A stretch of DNA of 64,000 nt from Patescibacteria group bacterium (GTDB taxonomy: Bacteria; Patescibacteriota; Patescibacteriia; UBA1558; GWA2-36-10), in the NCBI GenBank assembly GCA_041662585.1, contig JBAZSG010000003.1, forward strand, positions 33,011 to 97,010, given 5' to 3'. Positions within the stretch are counted from its first letter, which is position 1. Each line of letters begins with the position of its first letter. The notes below the pieces were generated by a model. That model searched no databases. It saw only the letters and a program-made list of their open reading frames with translations, and was not told where the DNA came from. Below are positions 48,941 to 58,000 of this stretch, piece by piece. The position numbers and the translations under genes were made by a program.

Positions 48941-49441
48941 ATGTTAAAAATAGCCAAATATCCAGATTCAATACTTCGTAAAACTGCTAAAACAATTAGC
49001 GTTTTTGATGCTGAGCTCAAAAAAATGGCTGATGATATGGCCAAAGCTATGTACGATGATGATGGGATTGGTTTGGCCGCTCCCCAAGTCAGTAAAAGTA
49101 TTAGATTGATAGTAATTGGTTTGGGACACGGAGAGTATAAAGCTTATGTAAATCCTAAAATTACTTTTTCTTCTAAAGAAAAAACCACTACCGATGAAGG
49201 CTGTTTATCTATTCCAAAAGTATTTGCCAATGTGATTAGACCAAAAAAAATTAATCTAAAATATCATGATCTTGATGGTAATTTACAAAAAGAAAAATTA
49301 AAAGGTATGAGCGCAGTAGTGGTGCAACATGAAATAGATCATCTAAATGGTATTTTATTTATAGATAGAGCGGAGAAAATAACACAAGGGCAAGAGTTAT
49401 TGGATGCTATGAGAAAACAACTTGATGACCAAGCAAAATAA
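48941..49441 (+). CDS. def: peptide deformylase
   Basis: GIGLAAPQ, EGCLS, QHEIDHLNG. Confidence 0.97.
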   Translation: MLKIAKYPDSILRKTAKTISVFDAELKKMADDMAKAMYDDDGIGLAAPQVSKSIRLIVIGLGHGEYKAYVNPKITFSSKEKTTTDEGCLSIPKVFANVIRPKKINLKYHDLDGNLQKEKLKGMSAVVVQHEIDHLNGILFIDRAEKITQGQELLDAMRKQLDDQAK

Positions 49442-50354
49442 ACATATTATATTTTGGGGTACACCAGATTTTTCTGTACCCTCTTTAAATATTCTAAATA
49501 ATTTAAATTTAGTTTCTTTGCTTGTTACTCAGCCCGATAGACCAGCTGGGCGTAATAAAAAATTGTCAGCTAGCCCAGTAAAAATTTATGCTGAGCAAAA
49601 TAATATAGATATTTTAACTCCTGAAAAACTGGATCAAGATTTTATACAAGCTTTAAAAAAATATTTGCCAGCCACTTTTGTAGTAGTAGCCTATGGTAAA
49701 ATAATACCCCAAGAAGTGTTGGATTTATCTGAACTCAGAGCTATAAATATTCATCCATCTTTATTACCAGTATTACGTGGGCCATCTCCGATACAAACAG
49801 CTATTTTAGAGGGTTTTGAATCTACAGGAGTATCTTTGATGCAACTCGATAAAAAGATGGACCATGGGCCCATTTTGGGGCAAATAGAGGCTAAAATAGG
49901 CCCAAATGAGGACTATATTAGTTTGTCTGAGCGTCTATCCAAATTGGGGGCTGACATTTTAGCTAAAAACATCCATAAGTATTTAGATGCTGATATCAGT
50001 CCTCTAGCTCAAGATGATAGCCGTGCTACTTTTTGTAAGCTGATTAGCAAAGAAGATGGTAAGATAGATTGGCAAAAATCAGCTCAAGAAATACACAATC
50101 AAGTACGAGCATATCGAGAATGGCCTGGTGCTTATACCAAGCTAGATGATTTGGCTATAAAGATTTTGCAAACGGAAGTAGTTTTGGAAAATATAAAAAC
50201 TGGCCAAATAAAATTTGATAAAAATAATTTACTAGTTGGTACAGCTAAAGATAGTTTAAAAATATTAGAGCTTCAAGTGGCTGGTAAAAAACCAATGACA
50301 GCTTCAGAATTTATACGTGGTTATCAAAAATATTTAGCCAAATATTTTCAATAA
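49425..50354 (+). CDS. fmt: methionyl-tRNA formyltransferase
   Basis: FWGTPDFS, TQPDRPAGR, VVAYG, INIHPSLLP..RGPSPI. Confidence 0.96.
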   Translation: MTKQNKHIIFWGTPDFSVPSLNILNNLNLVSLLVTQPDRPAGRNKKLSASPVKIYAEQNNIDILTPEKLDQDFIQALKKYLPATFVVVAYGKIIPQEVLDLSELRAINIHPSLLPVLRGPSPIQTAILEGFESTGVSLMQLDKKMDHGPILGQIEAKIGPNEDYISLSERLSKLGADILAKNIHKYLDADISPLAQDDSRATFCKLISKEDGKIDWQKSAQEIHNQVRAYREWPGAYTKLDDLAIKILQTEVVLENIKTGQIKFDKNNLLVGTAKDSLKILELQVAGKKPMTASEFIRGYQKYLAKYFQ

Positions 50355-50394
50355 AAAACACTCTAATTTATTTAAAGTGTTTTTTTATTTTTAA

Positions 50395-51912
50395 TTAATT
50401 ATTTTTTTTTGGAGTTACATTAAAGCCCAGATATTTACCAAGCATTAGTCTAGTTTGAGCATCTATAGCTGGGATAGAACCAAATAAAATCATGGTAATT
50501 GGGAAAATGGCCCATTGTAAAAGCATTAGTAAATATTTAAATGGCAAAGTGATTTTTGTATTACGATATTTTGTAGGTATGGGTGGCAAGATAATAACAC
50601 TCATAAACGCAATAAGTATCATGCCAATCATACCTGAACGCATCAAATTTTCTAGCATCAAAGGAGCGTTTTGAGTAAGGACGCTGGTTACATTTTGTTT
50701 TTCAGCTAGATACAATGGTAAATAACCCATAAAAAATATCAGTATTGGCGCAGTTGCCCAAGTGTAGATACCTTCAGTTTGATTCCAGATATAAACCCAT
50801 TTTTTATTTTTAGGTATTTTGTTATTTTTGGAAAACTGCCAAACCATATAAGGAAAATGTTCTACTCCATAAGCCCAACGACGCATTTGTTTATATTGAT
50901 TTATCAAACTACGTCTTAGATTGCCTACATGTACAGTATTCATAGATACTGGTATATGCATCGGCATTACTTCATAGTCTCCATCATAGTGAATCAGACA
51001 TTGTAAAAATATACGAGAATCTTCAGTGACTATATTGTTTTGCCAAAAACCAATTTCTACTAGTGCTTGCCAACTCATCGAATGAGATGAAAAAGTAAAT
51101 AGTCTTTCAGGACGAGCCAAATCAGTGAGCAACCAAAAAGTAGTACCATTGGCTACTATTCTGGTGATTATATCTGATTCCCAAATATTGTTGTGGTAAA
51201 AAGCCATTGGTTGAAAACTAGCTCTATATGGATTTTTATGGGATATAAATTTGTGTGTAAGATAAGCAAAATAATCTGGATGAGAAATGGTATCTATGTC
51301 AAAAGTTGAAACAATTATTTTTTTGTAATCAAGACCTTGAGTATCGATATATTTTTTTACTTCATAACCAGCATGATAAAGATTTGAGCCCTTGCCTTTT
51401 ATCTCCCCTTTTAGATTATCTGGATGGAGAGTGATGATGATATTGTAAAAAATATTGTTATATTTTTGTTTTATTTGTTCAGCAATTTTAGCAAATTGAT
51501 CTTGATAGCGCTCTTCACCAGCCAAAACAATTATCATTTTTTGTTTATCGTATTTTGTTTTAAAGCTAAGGTTATCAAAAGTATTGTCTACTACTTCAAA
51601 AGGTTCTCCAGCTGTAGGTAAAAATACTACATGATAATATTCAGACCAATGTTTATTGTGAGTATGTTGAAGAAAATTCCACCAATCTATCTTACGGGCT
51701 TTAAGATATTTAAACCATGAAATAAGTAAAAAGATGAGCATATAAGTAATGCGTAAGACAAAATAAATATCAAAAATAATCACAAAATAGATACCATAAA
51801 GTGGTGATATTAAAGAAAGTAAAATAGTAAAAATAAAAGTAAACCAAACAGCCAAGCCTGGTATTATTTCTAAACTTCTGTATTTATAATAATCTTTTTG
51901 TGCTTTATTCAT
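50395..51912 (-). CDS. membrane-bound GT2-family glycosyltransferase
   Basis: TM segments, KGSN, DID, TED, QMRRW motifs. Confidence 0.8.
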   Translation of the reverse strand: MNKAQKDYYKYRSLEIIPGLAVWFTFIFTILLSLISPLYGIYFVIIFDIYFVLRITYMLIFLLISWFKYLKARKIDWWNFLQHTHNKHWSEYYHVVFLPTAGEPFEVVDNTFDNLSFKTKYDKQKMIIVLAGEERYQDQFAKIAEQIKQKYNNIFYNIIITLHPDNLKGEIKGKGSNLYHAGYEVKKYIDTQGLDYKKIIVSTFDIDTISHPDYFAYLTHKFISHKNPYRASFQPMAFYHNNIWESDIITRIVANGTTFWLLTDLARPERLFTFSSHSMSWQALVEIGFWQNNIVTEDSRIFLQCLIHYDGDYEVMPMHIPVSMNTVHVGNLRRSLINQYKQMRRWAYGVEHFPYMVWQFSKNNKIPKNKKWVYIWNQTEGIYTWATAPILIFFMGYLPLYLAEKQNVTSVLTQNAPLMLENLMRSGMIGMILIAFMSVIILPPIPTKYRNTKITLPFKYLLMLLQWAIFPITMILFGSIPAIDAQTRLMLGKYLGFNVTPKKNN

Positions 51913-52988
51913 AAAATATATTGATCACTTTCTATGCCGACTGCTTCAGAGATATTTTTAAAATTGTCTTGTTTCAACAAATTTTCTAGTTGTTTATTTA
52001 TAATATTTATGGCTTTTGGTCCATTATAGATCAAACCAGTAATCAACTGTACTAGATTTGCTCCAGCTTTTATTTTTTTGTAAGCATCATAGCCTGAAAA
52101 GACGCCTCCTGTGCCGATAATTTTATATTTACCTTCGCTATTTTTGTAAAGATAAGCAATTATTTTATCTACTCTATCTGTGAGTGCTTGCCCAGATACA
52201 CCACCTGGCTTGTCTTTGTGTTTTGATTTTAAATTCAAAACACTTCTTTCTTTGGCTAGGTTACAGGCAATGATAGCAGAAATTTGGTATTTTTTAGCCA
52301 AATAAATAATATCATCTATTTCCTCTTTTAATAAATCTTGTCCAATTTTTAGCCAAATAGGTTTTTGTTGGATATTTATAGATTGGACTCTGTCTAAAAT
52401 TGGTTCTAGTAATATTTTTGATTGTAAACCAGAAAAGTTTTTGACATTTGGACAACTCAAGTTGATAGTGATGATATCAGCATATTCAGACAAAAGATCA
52501 AAACTAGCTTGATAATCATCAGCAGCCTGCTCCATAGCTACAGCATTACTTTTGGCAATACTAGCAGAGATTATACCGGTTTTTTTCTTGAGTTGTTCTA
52601 CTATTTTTTTAGCACCTTTATTACATAATCCATAATAAACCACCAAACCTTTATCCTGGGGCAATCTCCATAGTCTTGGTTTTGGATTGCCACTTTGCTC
52701 TTGATAAGTGATAGAACCGATTTCAGCCCAAGAAAATCCCATAGCTGACCAAGTATTTATAGCTTGTCCATTTTTGTCGAGTCCTGCTGCTAGACCAATT
52801 GGATTTTTGAAATACAAAGAAAATAATTTTTGACTTAGTACAGGTGAAGTATAATCTAATGCAGATTTTAATATTTTGTTTAGTGTTTTTGATTTACTAA
52901 AAAAAGATAAACCCCATAGAGTAAAATTGTGTATTTTTTCTGGGTCAATTAGAAATAAAATTGGTCGGACCATCCTTTGATAAAACAT
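51909..52988 (-). CDS. pyrD: dihydroorotate dehydrogenase, class 2-like
   Basis: DPEKIH, NPIGLAAGLDKNG, GNPKPRLWR, GGVSG, GANLVQ. Confidence 0.85.
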   Translation of the reverse strand: MFYQRMVRPILFLIDPEKIHNFTLWGLSFFSKSKTLNKILKSALDYTSPVLSQKLFSLYFKNPIGLAAGLDKNGQAINTWSAMGFSWAEIGSITYQEQSGNPKPRLWRLPQDKGLVVYYGLCNKGAKKIVEQLKKKTGIISASIAKSNAVAMEQAADDYQASFDLLSEYADIITINLSCPNVKNFSGLQSKILLEPILDRVQSINIQQKPIWLKIGQDLLKEEIDDIIYLAKKYQISAIIACNLAKERSVLNLKSKHKDKPGGVSGQALTDRVDKIIAYLYKNSEGKYKIIGTGGVFSGYDAYKKIKAGANLVQLITGLIYNGPKAINIINKQLENLLKQDNFKNISEAVGIESDQYIL

Positions 52989-52989
52989 T

Positions 52990-53265
52990 TTATTTTTGTA
53001 ATATATTTTTTAAGTGCTGTTTAGATTCTTTTAATATTTCTAAGTATAAATTTTTTATAAATTTTGGATCCAAATCATTATCTATAGCTTTTTGTTTTAC
53101 ATTTTTTAATATTTGTTTTTCTCTTTTAGAATCATAAATTTTATTGATATCTTTGAAAGTAGCTATTTCTTTTAGCAAGCTAAATCTACTAGCTAAGGCA
53201 TCAATAATGTTTTTGTCAGCTAGGTCTATTTTTTGTCTAATTTTGGCTAGTTTATCTTTGGGCAT
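52990..53265 (-). CDS. chorismate mutase (AroQ type II domain)
   Basis: LAKIRQKIDLAD..II..LASR...K...D..RE. Confidence 0.8.
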   Translation of the reverse strand: MPKDKLAKIRQKIDLADKNIIDALASRFSLLKEIATFKDINKIYDSKREKQILKNVKQKAIDNDLDPKFIKNLYLEILKESKQHLKNILQK

Positions 53266-53327
53266 AGTGATTTATCAGCTATAACATAGCAGAAAATTGT
53301 TTATTTTTCAAGGCTAAAAAAGACTCT

Positions 53328-53789
53328 TTAAAGAGTCTCTAGATCTAGCTTATGTTTAATTACTTTATTGTGTTTGTCAAAAAGAAAAGAAGCCTTAAAA
53401 CTTTGTCCTTTTAGAAATATAGGCAGCCAATACTTATCAGCATCCCACATTTTTTTATAGGGAATATTGTCTATATTATACCACTCGGGTTTCATTTCTT
53501 CGCTCTCTTGTTCTTGACCAACAAAATTATCACAATGAAAAACATGCACCTCAGAATCTTGATTTTTATCTTGCCAAGCAAAATCTATTATAGCCAGCTT
53601 TTTTATAGTTTTAAGCTCTAGTGAACTTTCTTCAAAAACTTCTCTTATTGCTGATTCTTCTACAGTTTCTCCAGTTTCAAGTTTGCCACCAAAACCATTG
53701 AGTTTGCCCATACCAAAACCTCTCTTTTTAAAACCAAGAAGTATTTTATTATCTTTAGTTATCAAAACTAATGTTAAGATTGTTTTCAT
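53328..53789 (-). CDS. MTH1-like 8-oxo-dGTP diphosphatase (Nudix)
   Basis: LLGFKKRGFG.G..NGFGGK, Nudix box, ESEEMKPEW, MWDADKYWLP. Confidence 0.88.
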   Translation of the reverse strand: MKTILTLVLITKDNKILLGFKKRGFGMGKLNGFGGKLETGETVEESAIREVFEESSLELKTIKKLAIIDFAWQDKNQDSEVHVFHCDNFVGQEQESEEMKPEWYNIDNIPYKKMWDADKYWLPIFLKGQSFKASFLFDKHNKVIKHKLDLETL

Positions 53790-53904
53790 AAATATATTAT
53801 ATAAAGCGTATAATATTTTGCTTAATTAAGCAATAAATATTTAAATAGCCGGGCTATATTTAATATTTATTTGGCTAATATTAGCTAAGTAATATATCTT
53901 ACTC

Positions 53905-53933
53905 TTGACAAAATATAAAATAAGGTGTATAAT
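53905..53933 (+). promoter_or_regulatory. consensus sigma70 promoter
   Basis: TTGACA-17-TATAAT. Confidence 0.75.
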
Positions 53934-54107
53934 AATACATTAAATAAAATAGTTTTGTGCTTGCCCATTACTTTATATCCTATTTTATATCGTTAGTGTG
54001 TAAACATAAAACCTTTTTATAGGTTTGTACCATAACAACAAATCGAAGAAAAAAGATCAAAGAATAAGCTAAAGTTTCTAACCACACTTTTAGGAAGGGG
54101 TACGAAA

Positions 54108-54974
54108 ATGCGTACACGTAATTTCAGTTTTTTGGCGATGGCTTTCGTAGCCATCATGCTCACTGTCGTTTCTACTCAGGCTAAGGTGGTCCTCACGCCG
54201 ACCACAGTTGACTCTGTCGGAGTCGAAAGAGTCGGAGACAGCACCTTGCTCAAGGTGCCGGCGACAATAGAGGTCTACGATTCCTTATTTGTTGACAGCG
54301 TCAACACTTATCGAATCAATGATTTGGTTGAAGCTATTAAGCAAGTCGATTCGACTTTCGATGGTAGCGAAGCCGCCGTCAAGGCTCGCATCACACAGCG
54401 CGAAGCTCGGGCCAAGGCCGAGGCCGACAGTCTGGCAGCTGCTGAAGCCGCCGAATTGAAGAAGCTTCACAAGCAGTGGAGCAAAGAAGTGAAACCGCTG
54501 TCGTATGACAGCGTCTGGGTATGGGCTTTGATTCCTGATAACGATACCGCTTATATGAAAGCGGAATGGTTGGCCGAGCGTTATAGCTTGACACTGAGTC
54601 AAGCTGACATCTACAACCTTGATTCGAAAGAGATCATTGAAGAGCTCAAAGCTCAACTTCGGCAGCGACAGAAAATCAATGCCACAGTCGATACTCGCAT
54701 CGCCAAATCAATCGCTGGACTGCAAAGTCAGCTCAACGCTTTGAGCGATACCCTGTCTCAGACCCGGGCCGGCGTGGAGCTCGCATACAAGTTGGCGGAT
54801 GAAGCCAATTGCAAGGCCGAGGCCAATACGGCCGAAATATCAAGGCTCTGGAGCGTTTGGGAAGCGCTCGAAGTACAGGACAGTGTTTCCACTGTCCCTA
54901 ACCCCGAGACCACCACACCTCCCCCCGCTCCCGACTCTTCCAATGCATCTTTGGTCAAAAACGACGGCAAATAA
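54108..54974 (+). CDS. GC-rich secreted hypothetical protein with coiled coil and Pro/Thr tail
   Basis: signal peptide (..STQA/K), AGGAAGGGG SD, own promoter and terminator. Confidence 0.75.
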   Translation: MRTRNFSFLAMAFVAIMLTVVSTQAKVVLTPTTVDSVGVERVGDSTLLKVPATIEVYDSLFVDSVNTYRINDLVEAIKQVDSTFDGSEAAVKARITQREARAKAEADSLAAAEAAELKKLHKQWSKEVKPLSYDSVWVWALIPDNDTAYMKAEWLAERYSLTLSQADIYNLDSKEIIEELKAQLRQRQKINATVDTRIAKSIAGLQSQLNALSDTLSQTRAGVELAYKLADEANCKAEANTAEISRLWSVWEALEVQDSVSTVPNPETTTPPPAPDSSNASLVKNDGK

Positions 54975-54997
54975 ACGCCATCAAGCTTTCTTCGATT

Positions 54998-55034
54998 GGA
55001 GGCCTGCTATCCATTAGCGGGCCTCCTTTCTTTT
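54998..55034 (+). terminator. intrinsic terminator
   Basis: GGAGGCCTGCTA/TAGCGGGCCTCC followed by TTTCTTTT. Confidence 0.8.
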
Positions 55035-55091
55035 ACAAAAAAACAGAGCTGATAAATATAGCCCTATTTTTTTAAACTATTTTTTAGAAAT

Positions 55092-58000
55092 TTATTTGGC
55101 TAATTGTTTATCTATTTTGGATATAATATTAGCATTTTCTTCAACAGCTTTGTTTATTTTATCAAGCGAAAAATTTGAATTGTTTGGAGGACCCTCTTTT
55201 AAGATTGTTTGCATTTTTGCCAATTCTGTTTTTAAATTCTGTAATTCAGTATGGTCCATCTGATCAAATTCACTGGTGGAAACTAATTCTTTATTGTAAA
55301 AGCCTTTGTACAATTCATTCATCGTAATGCTATTAATTTCAGCTACAGGAGTTTCTTCGTCAGGACTTAAGGCATAATCTTCAATATTATCAAGTTGGTC
55401 GTCAGTTGACATTTCATTGGTACTTGGTGGAAGCTGATCTATTTCTTCACCTTGAGCTTCTAGTTGTTTTACTAAGTCAGTGATTCTCTCCAATCTTTCT
55501 TGCTCAGTGCCTTCATTACTAATATTATATTTTTCAAACAAATCAGCTCTTTCAGTCAATACATTGTTGGCTAGACCAATGGCTATTTCTTCATAATCTG
55601 GCCGGCTAGTGTCAATATCAGGATTCCAAGATTTTAATAGTTCCATAGCTGTTTCTGGCTTAATATTGGAAACATTTTCTATTTCAGGATTTATTGTAGT
55701 TTCTGGCATAGCTTTTTCTACAACAGCCGCTTCTTCATCGTTTGCTACTGTTTCAGCTTTTGAAGAGTTTTTTTCCATGTTGTTTACTTTGATTTCAGCT
55801 ACATCCATATCATGGCGTAATTTTTCTATAGTATTTTTTGTAGCCAATTCTTTGATAGCTTCCTCTATAGTTATGGATTTGTCATGAACATCACCTTTAT
55901 TGATAGCCTCTTGAATAAATTCTTGCATGTGACTTCTATGGTGTCTTTCTAGTAGCTGGTTATTTTGTTCAGAATAACCTTCTATTTTTTCATCTAGTAA
56001 ATCAGAGACACTTTCTTTTTTAAGAAAATCCCACTCAGCTTTACCATAGTCATCAACAAAACCAAGCTTGGTTAGAGTAGTTTCTAGCTCGGTATTAATA
56101 TCATATTCTGGAGTAGCCAATGCCGGAATATTTTCTATTATTTTTTGTGATTCAAAATTGGCTAGCTGTGTATTTAATCGTTCTGTCATCTCAGCCTTAG
56201 TATCTTCTATTAGTGATAAAAGTTTTTCAGCTTTTACTTCAGAAACTCTGTCAATCAATTCTTCACCAGCTTCTTTATTGTTCAAAATAATTGGATTCTC
56301 TAGATTTGTGTCACCTACTCTGACTACCTCATTGTCTTTAATCAGGATTTCTTCATTATCAATCACAAAAGTGCCAGAATCTTCATCTTTAAATGCTAGG
56401 TCAGTAGCTAGTTCACCGAGCTCAGTATTATTTAAGGTAGCTTGAAACAATCTATTTTCAGCGGCATCTATTTGTTGTTGATCTAGCTTTATCTGTTCGG
56501 CAGCTATATTTTCTGGTTTGAGCATGTCACCCCAAGTTGCATCTTTGATATTGTCAATATAGGCTACTGCCCCTGAATTTTCAATATTTTCTGTAGTAAT
56601 AGTTTCTTCAGCATGAGCGACTAAAACGCGGACAATATTGTCTTGAAAACCATCATAATCATTTACCACTACCTTACCATTTTCAACAGAAACATATTTT
56701 TGAAAATCTTCGGCACTAATACCAGCGATATCATGACCTTCAGACAATTTTGTCATGTTGGCTCCAATATTTAATATTTGAGCTGCTTCTACATTGGTGA
56801 TTTCGTCGCCAAAATGCATACTATCAATACCTACTCGATAAAATACTTGCTCTAGATGTTTTGGGGCACCATCTTTAGCAAGCTCCAAAGATAAATTACG
56901 TTTTATGGATTCTCCAGTTTTGGTTTCTGGTTCATCTTTTTCAATTTCTTTAAATCCAGTATGCTTTATAGATGCGTGTTCAATGGAAAATTTTTGTTCA
57001 TCGTTTATGAGACCAGATTGGTACAATTTTTCAAGCAAAGCAGTAGCTTCTCCAGCTTTGGCTCCGTGTATTTGCTCAGCAATTTTATTTAATTCTTCGC
57101 TTGTAATATCTCCATCAAATGAGTTGATACCAAACTCTTTTTCAAGCTCCAATCTGTCTTGAACTTCTATGACAGTTTTGATATCAATTTGACTGTTTTC
57201 AATGGCATTTTTAGCTATTTCTTCATTACTAAGGTTTAATTCTTGACCAACATGCGTTGCTATTGCTTGTTTGTATTGTTCCAAGGTCAAAGTACCATCA
57301 TCTAATAAATGATTTAAAGCGTGACGAGCATTGATTGCTTCTTGAGATTTTGGGTCATTGTCTAATTCACAAACCACCTTATCCAAATCTTCAATCGTTA
57401 CTCCTTTTTCAAAGATATTTATTATTTTTTCAACTTCTGGATTGATTGTTTCTTCGGTTTTTTGTTCATTAGTGGTATCTGGCTGAGTCGTTTGCGTAGT
57501 ATCTATATGTTCAAGATTATTCCAATCTGGAGGTGAAGATTTTTGATTTTCTAATTTATAAAATAGCTTACTTTCTTCATTTGCAGTTTCGTGTATTGGA
57601 TTTTTAATTTCAGGAGATTGTGTTGTAGTATCTGACTGATTAGTTTCAGTATTTTGTGTTGTATCTGAAGTAATTATTTTTTCTTCAAGTTCTTCTTTGG
57701 TTTCTGAAACTGGTTTTGGTATTTCTACATGAGAAGTATTAGTAGTTGCTGTGTCTTGATTTTCGTCAGCGTCAGTAACAATATTTTTAATATCTTCTAC
57801 TATTGTTTCTGTACGAGCTGCAGCAGCTCCTGCATTTAAAGTAACCCTATTAAGTACATTATCAAGACCGGCATTTATATCATAGCTTCCTCCATTCATA
57901 GTTGTGCTACCAAAACTAACCAATTCACTACCAATGGCACCAGCCAAAGCTCCTTTTGCTCCTTCGTAGCCAGCTTTAGCAAAAACTTTGAGTTTTTCTT

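Noticed and set aside
54285-55017. Overlapping short ORFs on both strands
   Set aside because: Alternative frames of the GC-rich gene 54108..54974
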